Assembly: GCA_030167865.1 (NCBI GenBank)
Contig: JALAGF010000535.1
Coordinates: 1-43,307 of the forward strand
Origin: Craspedostauros australis
Taxonomy: Eukaryota
Reading direction: 5' to 3'
DNA: 43,307 bases
Part shown: positions 31,603 to 42,490 of the stretch, in pieces
Layout: every line of letters begins with the position of its first letter
Position numbering within the stretch: position 1 is the first letter of the stretch
Translations under genes and position numbers: made by a program
Notes under the pieces: model-generated
What the model was told of the DNA's origin: nothing
Databases searched by the model: none
The model's input: only the letters and a program-made list of their open reading frames with translations

Positions 31603-34600
31603 TCACCATCCGCTCAGCTGCTCGCCATGCATCGATGATGACCTCAGTTCATCGGGATGTCCCGGCACCGCTTCCGTCCAGTCTCGACGACTTCTGCGTC
31701 CGTGACAAGAGGAGACAGAAAGCTCCTTGTTGTTTGCTTTGTTCTTGCGTCTGGCGCGAAGATTCGTCGCACCCTCCTGCGAACCTGTGAGCGTTTGGGA
31801 GAGTCCCACCAATGATGACTTGGAGCGACCACCTCCTGACAACATCGGCGTGCTCTTCTGTCGTACCAGCAAGTCGAATCGATTCGGAAGCGCCTCGTTG
31901 GGATTAAAATCATCACGAAAAAACGCCGGCAAGTCGTCACTCGCATTATTTTTGCCTTTGGGTGGCGGTCCGGATAGGTTCAACATCTTGCGAAGTTCGC
32001 TCGGATCCATTGGCTTGCCGAGCTGCAGAGGACGGCGGCGATAGTTATCGTCGGATTCTTTGTCGGCATCTTCCCGAATCGAAGACGGCGTCGATGCCTC
32101 GGGGGCCTTCTTCAGCGCCCTTCTCTTGCCAGGGACAAACGTCACGGGTTTCTTCACAAACGACATCAGAGACTCTTCATCGTCGTAGTCATCGTTGAAG
32201 TTCTTGATGGAGTGATCGTCTTGGAATCGTCTCAGCTTGGCGAAGCTTGAACTGAGGGACGACTCCCCTCCTCCGGATGACATCAGATCCCTCGACTTTC
32301 CGTTTTGGGTCCTCGACATTCGTTGGTCTGTTCTGGTAAACACATCGACGGAACCAACTTCGAGCTCTTCATTGTCGCTTTCGTCATTGTGGAACGAATC
32401 CATGGACTCGCAGTCGCTGCCGCTGTCGCTGTCACCTGCGCCATATGCAAAGGCCGAGCGGCGGCCACTGGATGCCATCCCATGAGGCTTGGTCCTGTCG
32501 ATCTTCCGCACAGTTCTCTTGGAGTTGGCGTCCGCATGCGAAAGGGGTTTGACGTTCGAGGCAAGTTGATCTTGCCGAGCAACGGATGCCTTTGCCTTTC
32601 GCGCTTCCGACTCTCTTGCCTGCCTGCTTTTGTGATCACGATCGTCATCACCATCGTCATCACTACCCATCGCGCTGCCATCGTCCGCAAATGCCATCTC
32701 TGCAGCATGCTGGCTCAAGTTCAAGTCGTCATCAATGACGCGTTCCATAAGCCACTTGGCCTTCACGATGCTATTTTCGCGGCTGAATGACTTGGATCGT
32801 TCCAGCTTGGGTCTCCCACCCCTATCTGCAGCTGCTGGTGCCGCCGTCACCCTGGCTTGGTTGGAATCATGTGAGAAGATGCCCCCTGTGGGTGGGCAAT
32901 GCAGAGAACGATTTCCCCACTCGTTGGCGCTGCTCTTCTTGTCACGATTGTCCAACTCGTTGTCATCCATCATGAATGCCGCCAAGATGTCCTCCTCTGA
33001 CACACGCGTTTGTCGCTTCTTCCTCCCACCCGTGAACGATTGGCTTCTTCTGAGAGCCGGTCGGGCAGGCACGTTGACCTTCTGGGTGGCTGGGTCCAGC
33101 AGCTGTCCCAGGTTCTGGGAGCTCTTTGATCGCAGAAAGTGCATGGCATGCCTTGGTGGCTCACGTCTGCTCATCTCTGCGGCCTTCGAACGGACCTTCA
33201 TGGTCGTACCAGCGACCATGCTTCTCGTGTTGCAGTTGCTGGTGTTGTTGTTGCTGTTATTGTTGCTTTGGAGATGGCTGTTGCTTGCCGCTGTGGCGGC
33301 GCTGCTGTTCATGACAGACGCGCACAAACTCTTGGACTGCTCAAGCAACAGTCCTCGTGATGGCTTTGTGTCAGTTTCGTTTCGCATCGGTCTTGGAAAG
33401 TGTTGCGGATGCTGCTCCTCCTCGGCGGGAGATAACCGAGATGGCAGAGCATGCTTCAAGTCAAGGCTGGTGTTGGACTTGGCAACTTCCTGTTGTTCTT
33501 CAATTGAGACATCGTAGTTGGTCTCTTCAGCGGTATGCACGCCTCTGTTGTATTTGTTGTTGACGGTGGTAGACGAGTTCTTGGCATCACCGTTGATTGT
33601 GTTCGCGCCATCTTCACCAGGACGATGCGCGGCATCGCCAGGTTCTCCCTTCGTGGCCTTTGAGACAACAGCACGGATCCTTCGGATTTTCCGGCCGGTG
33701 CCTCGTTTGGATTGCTTCTCGATCGCCTTGGATGTTTCCTTCGAGTCTCGAGGGAGCGGGAGAACTGCCTTGTCTACATCTGCATCCCCGAGCACGTCTT
33801 GACTCTCTTGTGTTGACGGTTGTCGAGCTTCTGGGATTGGATCCGACTCACCATCTGCTGCAGCACTGGCAGTGTCCTTATCCGCCGTCGCGGGTGCATT
33901 ATCATTTGCCTGATCGCTGTTGCTGTTGCTGTCGCTGTCGTCCGCGTTAACGTCTACGGTCTTGAACTTCTTCGGTTTGCTGGAGGACCGGCTCTTCTTG
34001 GATGTCTTGGATGGATGTCGCTTCATCCGCCGATGATGGCTGCTACTTTTCGATAGCTCGTCTGATTGCTGCTTCTTGTCCTTGGAGTTTCCAGCTGCGG
34101 ACTTGATGGATTCTTTGCTTGTTGCGTCCTTCAGCTTCAACTCACCATATTCAGGCTCAATTTGACCAAGCTGGTCTTGCGTATTGAATTCATCTGGCGA
34201 CGACGATGGATTGGCGTTGCCGTTGCCGTGAGCGCCAGCCTCCTTCGTTTTGCTCTGGTTTGGCTCCTCCGATGTTTTCGAATCGCCATGTCCAGTATCC
34301 ATTTCGCCAGCTTTCGGTTGCGCATCATCGGCAGCACTCTCTACCTTTTCCTTATTCGCAGAGCGCTTCTTCTTGACGCCTTTCTTGCGTGAATGCTGTG
34401 AACAAGACAATGCTGACTTCTTGTCGTCATCGTCCTTCGTCTTTTTCGTCTTTGATCTCGTTCGCCTCTTCGAATGCGTTGTTGCCTGATCCAACTCCTC
34501 CTGTTCACCGTGGCCAGTTTCAGTTTGGCCCGTCTCTCTATCCGTGTTCGATTTACTGAGGGAAGGCGACGCAGATGGTGCCTGTGGGGCTGACATCAGC

Positions 34601-36696
34601 GATGCTGCTGTCTCTAGCGATGGTGATGCCGACGATGAATTGCCTTTGACGTTGCCAGATGTGCCATCAGCGTCCCCAACGACCGCCCCCATACCATCAG
34701 TAGAACTCTTTGCTTTTTCCTTCTGTGTTGAACGTTTCTTCTTGGTGCCTTTCTTGCGTGTGTGCTGCGAAGACGACAGCGCCGACTTCTTGTCTGCACC
34801 CTTGGACTTGCCGGTTTTGAGCTTGGTAGCTTCTTTGGTGGACGCGTCCTTCAGATCCGCCTCGCCGTACTCAGTGTCTGCTTCACCAATTTGATGACGT
34901 GCATTATTGGGTGCAGTGTGTGAAGGTGATGATGCTGATACCTGTGGCGCAGACGACGATGCAACTGCTTCTGCTGATGGCAACGATGGCGATGGGTTGG
35001 CTTTGACATTGCTGGATCCATTATCCGCCTCTTCACCATGAGTTGAAATCTCTTCTTTGTCCTTGCTTGCTGGACGTCTCTTCTTGGCGGCAGCTTTCTT
35101 GCTTGTGTGCTGCGAAGAGGAGAGTGCTGACTTCTTGTCGTCATCCTTGGGCTTTCTTAGCTTTGATCTCGCCCGCCTCTTCGAATGCGACGTATCCTTG
35201 TCCAGCTCCTGCTGCTCACCGCGTGCTTTGGTGTGCGATCCGGATATTCCGTCTGGTTTGCCGACCTGAGAATCGATCATGTGAGGAATTTCGATGCGTG
35301 AGGTCTCCGTGTCCAACTGATCAACTGGTACATGAGCGTCGCGTGAAGGTTCACCCTCTGTCCCAATCGGTCGCATCACCTCCTCAGTTGCACCTTTCTC
35401 GGACACAACCGATGATGCGACGGATGTGAGTGACGTCGATCTGTTGCTGGCTTCCACGTCATCAGACGGGATCTTGGCACGGCTGGCCTTCTTGGATGCA
35501 AGGGATGCCCTCCTCCTTGGTTTCGTGGAGGTGGTATTGGCGGCGTTCGCTGATTTCACCGCTTTGGCTTTCTTTGGCATCTTGGTCGCCGGTCCGATTG
35601 CCACGTCTTCTTTCAACTCCCTCTCAGCCAGAATAGCAAGGTCCATGTCATCGGGGAGAGATATGGATGACTTGGTTGCTGTAAGCTTCGTTCTTTCCTT
35701 GCGCGTTGGTCGCTTGGAAATGCTCTTGCTTCGTTTCGCCGCTTTCGGTTCTTCTGCGGCGTCTGCCCGTCCTCTGCTGCCAACGTCTCCCGTCGCGTCT
35801 TTCAATCCTGACTTTGACTTTGATCGCGTTTTCCCCTTGGCTTTGACCTTGGTGTCATCCGCTGCACTGTCTGCGGGGGCCTTCGCTGGTTGCGCCGCCT
35901 TGTCGGCAGATCTGCCTCGTTTCGGGACGGTGCGGCGTTTCCTGATGCTGCGTTCCCCCACGACAGAACCGGATTTTGAATTCGATCTCGATTTCGCCTT
36001 GCGCGTCACACTCTTGTCCCTATCCTTGTCTCGCCCTCTCCTTGAGGCACCTGCGTCTGCGTCGGCGTCATCGCTTGGCTCATCGGCCGCAACAGCACCG
36101 GTCTTGCGTTGATTGCCACGTCTTGACGAATTCTCATCGTTGATGCCATCGTTATCACCAACAGCACCATCGTTGTCAGTTTTGCCGTTGTCGTTGTAAC
36201 CACCGTAGAAGACCTCTCCGATAGAACCAGAACTATCCAACGTGGAGATGGTGCTGTCTCCCAATGAATCCTTAGACCTTCGCCGCTTGGGTCGAGCACC
36301 TTTTGCCATTTTAGCAGCATCGGACCTCATAGCAAGCTTGTTGGCCTTCGCAGGCTTCGTATTGTCGACTTTGCTCTCCTTCGTCTTGGGTGGGATGACA
36401 ACCTTGCCCGTGGCGGCTTCCATGTTCGCTGTCGCGTCTCCTTGCTGTGTGCTGCGAGCAGCAGTAGCGCTGATGACACTGGCATCAACAGGAGCAGCAG
36501 CCCCGCCGCGCGATGGCTTCTTCTTTTTCTTCACCGTGGACTTGACCAGTGCTGACTTCGCTGTCGCCTTCATCTTTGGTTTGGTCTTCGCTTTGCTGGT
36601 GGTCTCTTTGCGTGGCTTCTTCTTCACTCCGATGCTGGTTGTTTCGGAGCTGATGGGCGCCGCCATGGTCGAAGCAGCTGCGGATGCAGATCGCAT
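31603..36696 (-). CDS. Large (~1697 aa) Lys/Ser/Asp-rich intrinsically disordered protein with internal duplications, function unknown
   Basis: Uninterrupted 5.1-kb ORF with first ATG at 36696. No globular domain recognised. The stop codon overlaps a possible GTGAGA donor at 31606, so a further exon cannot be excluded. Confidence 0.85.
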   Translation of the reverse strand: MRSASAAASTMAAPISSETTSIGVKKKPRKETTSKAKTKPKMKATAKSALVKSTVKKKKKPSRGGAAAPVDASVISATAARSTQQGDATANMEAATGKVVIPPKTKESKVDNTKPAKANKLAMRSDAAKMAKGARPKRRRSKDSLGDSTISTLDSSGSIGEVFYGGYNDNGKTDNDGAVGDNDGINDENSSRRGNQRKTGAVAADEPSDDADADAGASRRGRDKDRDKSVTRKAKSRSNSKSGSVVGERSIRKRRTVPKRGRSADKAAQPAKAPADSAADDTKVKAKGKTRSKSKSGLKDATGDVGSRGRADAAEEPKAAKRSKSISKRPTRKERTKLTATKSSISLPDDMDLAILAERELKEDVAIGPATKMPKKAKAVKSANAANTTSTKPRRRASLASKKASRAKIPSDDVEASNRSTSLTSVASSVVSEKGATEEVMRPIGTEGEPSRDAHVPVDQLDTETSRIEIPHMIDSQVGKPDGISGSHTKARGEQQELDKDTSHSKRRARSKLRKPKDDDKKSALSSSQHTSKKAAAKKRRPASKDKEEISTHGEEADNGSSNVKANPSPSLPSAEAVASSSAPQVSASSPSHTAPNNARHQIGEADTEYGEADLKDASTKEATKLKTGKSKGADKKSALSSSQHTRKKGTKKKRSTQKEKAKSSTDGMGAVVGDADGTSGNVKGNSSSASPSLETAASLMSAPQAPSASPSLSKSNTDRETGQTETGHGEQEELDQATTHSKRRTRSKTKKTKDDDDKKSALSCSQHSRKKGVKKKRSANKEKVESAADDAQPKAGEMDTGHGDSKTSEEPNQSKTKEAGAHGNGNANPSSSPDEFNTQDQLGQIEPEYGELKLKDATSKESIKSAAGNSKDKKQQSDELSKSSSHHRRMKRHPSKTSKKSRSSSKPKKFKTVDVNADDSDSNSNSDQANDNAPATADKDTASAAADGESDPIPEARQPSTQESQDVLGDADVDKAVLPLPRDSKETSKAIEKQSKRGTGRKIRRIRAVVSKATKGEPGDAAHRPGEDGANTINGDAKNSSTTVNNKYNRGVHTAEETNYDVSIEEQQEVAKSNTSLDLKHALPSRLSPAEEEQHPQHFPRPMRNETDTKPSRGLLLEQSKSLCASVMNSSAATAASNSHLQSNNNSNNNTSNCNTRSMVAGTTMKVRSKAAEMSRREPPRHAMHFLRSKSSQNLGQLLDPATQKVNVPARPALRRSQSFTGGRKKRQTRVSEEDILAAFMMDDNELDNRDKKSSANEWGNRSLHCPPTGGIFSHDSNQARVTAAPAAADRGGRPKLERSKSFSRENSIVKAKWLMERVIDDDLNLSQHAAEMAFADDGSAMGSDDDGDDDRDHKSRQARESEARKAKASVARQDQLASNVKPLSHADANSKRTVRKIDRTKPHGMASSGRRSAFAYGAGDSDSGSDCESMDSFHNDESDNEELEVGSVDVFTRTDQRMSRTQNGKSRDLMSSGGGESSLSSSFAKLRRFQDDHSIKNFNDDYDDEESLMSFVKKPVTFVPGKRRALKKAPEASTPSSIREDADKESDDNYRRRPLQLGKPMDPSELRKMLNLSGPPPKGKNNASDDLPAFFRDDFNPNEALPNRFDLLVRQKSTPMLSGGGRSKSSLVGLSQTLTGSQEGATNLRARRKNKANNKELSVSSCHGRRSRRDWTEAVPGHPDELRSSSMHGEQLSGW

Positions 36697-36837
36697 GATG
36701 GCTGTTCTTTCGTTGCATACGCGCCTTGCCAAGCCAGATGATGCGCGATATGCATGCGATGTTTAATATGATATGACTATGGTGGGTATCGGATTGGCAC
36801 GATCTTTGTCTCCTTTGCGCGATGCGTTTGTACCCCT

Positions 36838-36917
36838 TGTTGTTGTTGTTTCCGTCTTCGTTTTGATTGTTGTTGATGTTGATGTCGTTGTTGATGTTGT
36901 TGTTGATGTTGTCGTTG
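36838..36917. repeat. (GTT/GAT)n trinucleotide low-complexity tract upstream of the large gene
   Basis: Runs of tgttgttgatgttgatgtcgttgttgatgttgtt. Confidence 0.7.
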
Positions 36918-37821
36918 GTGCTGTTTGGACTTTGGACTTCTTTTGCTTTGGCGATGCTCTCCTTGTGCCACCTTGTTTGTTGTGATTGCGATACACTGTG
37001 TTGACTTGAAACGGTGTTTACGTTGTCCTTGTCCGTGTTTGTGCTGCTCAACGTGACCCAACATCTTACCTATCCTCCCTTGTGTTTGGCGCGTACGTTC
37101 CAAGTTGACACCCTGTAACGTTGGTTGCGGGCGCAAAACGCTCAGTGTTCTTGTGGACGTCAATGTCAATCGCAATGACTGATCTTCCGCTAGATACAAG
37201 CCCGTGTGACCTTTCTTCAGCTTCGAACTTCACGTTGTGGCGAATTATTTATGGAAGTGCGACATTGTAGGTGTCGCTGTTGGGTCACACGACGGTCACA
37301 TGAACGAACAAAAAGGTGTTCTGCTCACATGGACGAACCAGCGCCACCTCCGGACACAAAATCGTGTATCGTCCCAATCGTTCGTCTCGTGTCGTCTCTT
37401 GCGATCGCTCTTCGGGCCACGCAATCTGCGAAAAGAACAAGCGGCAATCTGTGAGTTCGATCCGACGAATGGGTACGACTAAATGGAAGGATGGGTGAAC
37501 GAACAAACGAATGAGTGAGCTTCCGCAAGGCATGAATAGCATAATGCCATGCAATCAGGAATCCGAACGCATTATAATACTCGTACGGACTTCCATGATG
37601 ATCCGTTCTCCTGCATGTGGTCGCAGGTTCGGCTATCGAAGGCCTTCGCGAGTCATGCGTACTCGCACTCGCAGTCTTGAGATTATGGTCTTCTATTACT
37701 TCGCCCTACGTACTACGTCCTTGCCCAAATGGAGAGGTTGCGTGCGCTGCTCTTTCATGAGCTGCAATGCTGGGACTGATACCATGCTCGTAAGCGGTAT
37801 GCGTGGAGTTGGTACACCCAG

Positions 37822-40592
37822 CTACTGTTTCGTCTTCGTCTGCTTGGATTTCTTGTCCATAACGGACTGCGGGACCTTGCCCTCGATGGAGCCTTCGTTC
37901 ATCCACACCTCGGACTTCATGTCGCTGGATCCGGTCTCCCATCGCACAACTTCCACTTCGCGATTTCTCTTCTTGGCGGACGAAGCATCTTGTGTTGCTG
38001 CGTTCGCCGCTTCCTTTGCTTTGGCGGCCTCACGTCGTGCCGATCGCCTTGCTTTGTCGCTGAGGCTGTCATCATCGACGATGGCAAAGCTCTCGCTCAT
38101 CGACCGTTGGTACACCTCACGCGATCCTTGCATGTCGCCCGCCCGTTGCAGCATGAGCTCGTACGATCTCCACACCGTCGCCTTTTCTGCCGTACCCGGA
38201 GCAAATTGTTTCATGAATCGTTCGTAGACCATGGTGGCCTCCTTCAGATTGCCAAGTTCCTCCTCCATCTGCGCCCACGCCGTGACGGCCGCCACGTTGC
38301 GATTGTCAGCATCCAATGCTCGGCTCAAACATCGGCGGGCCGCGGCGTCATCGCCTTCCTGCACTTCCAGAACGCCCCATGCTTGCCAAAGTCGTGCGCA
38401 GCCGTATCCGCCGGAACGACCACCCGACGCCTGCGCGCAGTTCCAGATCCCTTGCTGGAAGATGTCACGTGCCCGGCGGGGGTCGCCATGTCGGGTCTCC
38501 AACACACCCCAAGCTTGCCATGCCGGTGAATGGCGTTTGTTGATCTTCGTTGCTTTTCGGAATCTGCAGTATCAGCCGCAACCGCGCAAATATAGTATAA
38601 TGTGACCAAGACACGTATGACAACATGCAGGGAGGAAGCAAGAGAAATAGAAACAAAATAGTGATCGGCAGCGCCACGACAGCATCATGTGAGAATTCAG
38701 AATTTGGATTGATTGGATGAGACAGGATAGCCAGTCCAACATTCACGTTGCGCAAGCATCAGCAAAGGCAGCAGTAGCAACTCCAAACCAGACCGACATG
38801 CACTCCGTGTTACTCACAACTTCCGCGCCGAATCCACGTCACCCAGCGCCTCCGATACGTACACGCCGTAGGCTTGCAACACACCGGCATCCCGCTTGTT
38901 TGCCTGCAGGGCCCGTTCGAAAAGGTCGATAGCCTTGCGGCTATTTTCACGTTTCGTCTCCATGATGGCATAGGCCTGCAGCACGCGGGAATTGCGCGGA
39001 TCGAATTTGAGCACGGCGTCGTAGCAATCCTGCGCCGCCTCGTACTGCCCGACGGCGGTTTCCATGACACCCAGCTGCAACCACGCGGCGGAGCACTTGG
39101 GATCGATTTCCAAAGCTGCCTGGTACAATTCGCGTGCGCGGCACACGTCGTTGACCTTCTTGTACTCCATGGAGGCCCATGCCGTGAAGACGTGGGATGA
39201 TTGGGGTTTGTTGGCCAGCGTCAATTCACGCGATGCGGTTTCGTAACACAGACGTCCCGCCGCGGCGCTCTGACGGAATTTGCGTGTCCGCAGCTGCGCC
39301 AGCGCGACCCATCCGGCAGCATGCGATGGGCGCGATTTGATGGCTTCCAAATACAAGGCCTCAGCGCGTCCGAGGTTGCCGCATTTCTCTTCGAGCACAC
39401 CCAGGGATTGCAGGAGGAATGGGTTCGCGCCACGATCGCGTTCGCCGTTGTGGTCAAAGGAGACGGAATTGGCCACTCCACGGCGCAACCATTCCCGTGC
39501 CAGCTGCGTGTCCCTGCGCCGTTCGGCAGACCGCGAGAGACCCAGGTAGGCACGTCCATCCTGCGGGTCAACGGAGATGGCCATCTCGTACAGCTCCTGC
39601 GCCTCTTCGACACGATCTCTGCGCAGTTCCTTCTTTGCGTAATAATTGAGACGCGCGGCGTTGACTGGAAGGGCTTTACTGAGGCGCACACCTTCCCGGA
39701 ACTTCACCGCGCCGTCGCCCATGAGTGAGGTGTCGTAAGCGCCGTTGCTGCGGCGATATCCGTACACGCGGTCTTCGACCAGCCGCGTGAGTTCGAAATC
39801 GACCTTGCCGGATGAATTGGCGTCTGCGCTTGGGATATCGGTGAGCACCGGGTTAGTGGCGTTGATAGTGCTGTTGCTGTTGCTGTCGGCGGATGTAGCC
39901 GTCGTGTCATCCCCATTTGTCGTTGTGGCGGGTGCAATTTCATCCACGAAGGCCACAACATTGGCCAGACCAGCATCCGCCGTGTTTGTGTTTGAATTCT
40001 TTTTCGTCGCGTCACTTGCCTGGTTTGCTGCCTGATCGCGACCGTCCTCCACGGTCTGCTGTCGCTGGCGCACCTTGCTGATCGTGGCATCCCGTCGTTT
40101 CATTTCGTACAAATCAAAATCAATGGATTCCTGATCCAGCACGGGTTCCGGAAAGAGGCCTTCGAAACTCCACAAATTGGTGCTGCCCTCCGCAACGACC
40201 TGATCGTACTGGGCCTGCCGTTCTTCTTTCAGTCGGCGCGTTGCCATTTCAGTTTCTGGAATGGTCTTCTTACGACGATACTTCTTCCGCTTTGTTCTAG
40301 GTCGCGGCTTTGGTATTTCTCCCGTGGCTGCGATGGGCCGTTTGGATTTGTTGTTGGCTGGCGTCTGTTCCGAGTTTTGCCATCTGTCTTCATTGTCGGA
40401 GAAGGACGACGACATCGACATGAGCAGCGAGTTGTAGCGTTGTGTGGCAGTGGCGTGATACGTGCGTGCGGCTGTATTTTGCATGGCTCTATTCGATGAG
40501 GGTACAGCAAAGGCATCGGCGCATGGTATCCTTGCCGTTGTGGTGGTTGCCATCATGGCGATCAACGCAAGCGCGCACACTCGCATCGGCAT
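37822..40592 (-). CDS. Plastid-targeted HAT/TPR-repeat RNA-binding protein, HCF107/Mbb1-like, ~838 aa; exons 40592-38818 and 38563-37822
   Basis: Signal peptide ending ADA|FAV. HAT repeats DGRAYLGL, NPFLLQSLGVLEEKCGNLGRAEALY, HAAGWVALAQL, VFTAWASMEY, AAWLQLGVME, RVLQAYAIME and PAWQAWGVLE. Phase-2 intron TT|GTGAGT...CTGCAG|A restores the repeat register. Confidence 0.88.
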
Positions 40593-42034
40593 CAACACCG
40601 TATGTGCGGAGTGTCTTTGCGCGTGCTTCGGTGAGTTCCTTGCTGATGGTGCTAATTGTACGAGTATTGATGACGATCGCACAGGCGATTGTGCAAGCTG
40701 AAGCAGAAGTGGGGATGATGGTGATGATGATGGCCCCGACAGCGATGATGTAGCTGTCTCGGGCTTGCTTTTGTCTTCTGCCTGTGTGGCAGACGTAGAG
40801 GGACCGCACGATGCTGTTCTATTCGATCCCATCATCATGCTCACGCCTGCTATTTGAATGGTTGGTTGAAGATATCCAACGGATTTGCTGCACTCCGATG
40901 CAATCAGCTTCGTTGAATCCCTTGCCAACAACGATGACGATGATACCGCCAACGGAGGCACTCCCACAATCACTGCCACTGCCACTGCCACAATCGCCCG
41001 CCTGATGGACTGATGGGACGATCGATGAGACGATCGATGGATGTTCTATGTTGGAAGTTGACACGTTCCTATGACGGTTTGCTCTCTTTTGCCCTGCAGT
41101 GATCGAGCAGTTGGGTGTTCTGGGGTCACGATTTCTTGTCGTTTTTCGTTGTTGTCTCCAGGTGTTGAAGTTGTCGTGGGTACGTTGTTGGGGTTGTTGC
41201 GATGGTTGGTGGTGCGTTGTGTGTGCGCAGTGTGCTCAGCGCTGATGATGTCGCCGTCGCTGTGTTTGCGTGCCCGCTGCTCACCTTTCTTCGCCCGATC
41301 TTGCTCCAAGTGAAGTTCCATCGCGAGCTTCAACTTCAACACAAATCAAGCTCGAATTGGCATCCGAAATGGAATCTTCCATTCTCACATGTATCCATGA
41401 TTGAACTCGTGTCAAGTGACACCTCATCAGACCGTTTATTCGGATTGATCGAGCACAGGTGTTGAGAAAAAGCAGCTGTTTGGCAAGAATTCACGTCTTT
41501 CGCGAACACAATGACGCAACCTCTTCTCCGAAAGGACTTTGTGAAACAACAAAGTCGTATTTGATGAAGGAAATTAGCCTCGTAATTGAACTACCATATT
41601 TGGAACAGAGCTATGCTTCGTTTCAAACACGAAACAACGACAGTCGCGGAAGAACAAAGAACAAACGCAAGAATCTGCCAACAAACAAGCTGACACGATC
41701 TTCCCCGCATGATCTTCGAGCGCGGGGAAGAGGGAGGTGGGGAACAAGTGGAGGAGACAGGCGTCTGATCCCAAACCTGCGGGAGGGACCTTCCATCCAT
41801 CGATTGGTTGCACGCTTCAGAGTTGACGCTACTTTCCACAAAACGCATCCTCGTACCATACATACTATTCTATTATACAATAAAGAAGCATAGTTGCCAC
41901 AACAAGGTTTTTGACGATCACATCCATCATCTGCAGCGAGAGGCGTAGAGACGCACAGAAACCAGAAAGAATTGGAGAGACACCAGCAACTCCAACACTC
42001 TACTAATAGAGAGCGCACTTTGAGTACCACCATC

Positions 42035-42490
42035 ATGGACGATTTTCCAGAACCAGACATGGACCCGGGCTTCATCGAAGGTGCTCATACAGCCTTTGTC
42101 CAATACCTCCGGGATTCGCCCGACATGCGCAAGACTGTGCGATCCTCCTTCCAGCAATCCCTCTATGCCGGCGGCGGCGCCATGATGGGTGGCATGATCG
42201 GCGGTCCCGTCGGTGGTCTGGTGGGCGGCATCGCGGGCAGCATCACGGGATACATGAAGGCTGACGATTACGACGGCATGGTCCTCTCGTTGTCCAGCCT
42301 CGACGCATCCGACAAGGAAAGGCTCCTCAAGAACGTCGCCGGCATCTTGATGAAGGCAGGCATGGTGGCGCAAGGATTCTCCTCCGTGGCCAACTTCCAG
42401 ACGGCGGTGCTGGAGTACTGCGCGCAGCCGGACGTTCGAAAACAAATTTGGAATGCCTGCACGAATGTGTTGGCGCAAGCGCGGAACTAG
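42035..42490 (+). CDS. C19orf12/Nazo-like glycine-zipper membrane protein, 151 aa, intronless
   Basis: MRKTVRSSFQQSLYAGGGAMMGGMIGGPVGGLVGGIAGSITGYMKADDYDGMVLSLSSLDASDKERL aligns by eye, without gaps, to the core of human C19orf12 as recalled. Length is similar. Confidence 0.75.
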   Translation: MDDFPEPDMDPGFIEGAHTAFVQYLRDSPDMRKTVRSSFQQSLYAGGGAMMGGMIGGPVGGLVGGIAGSITGYMKADDYDGMVLSLSSLDASDKERLLKNVAGILMKAGMVAQGFSSVANFQTAVLEYCAQPDVRKQIWNACTNVLAQARN

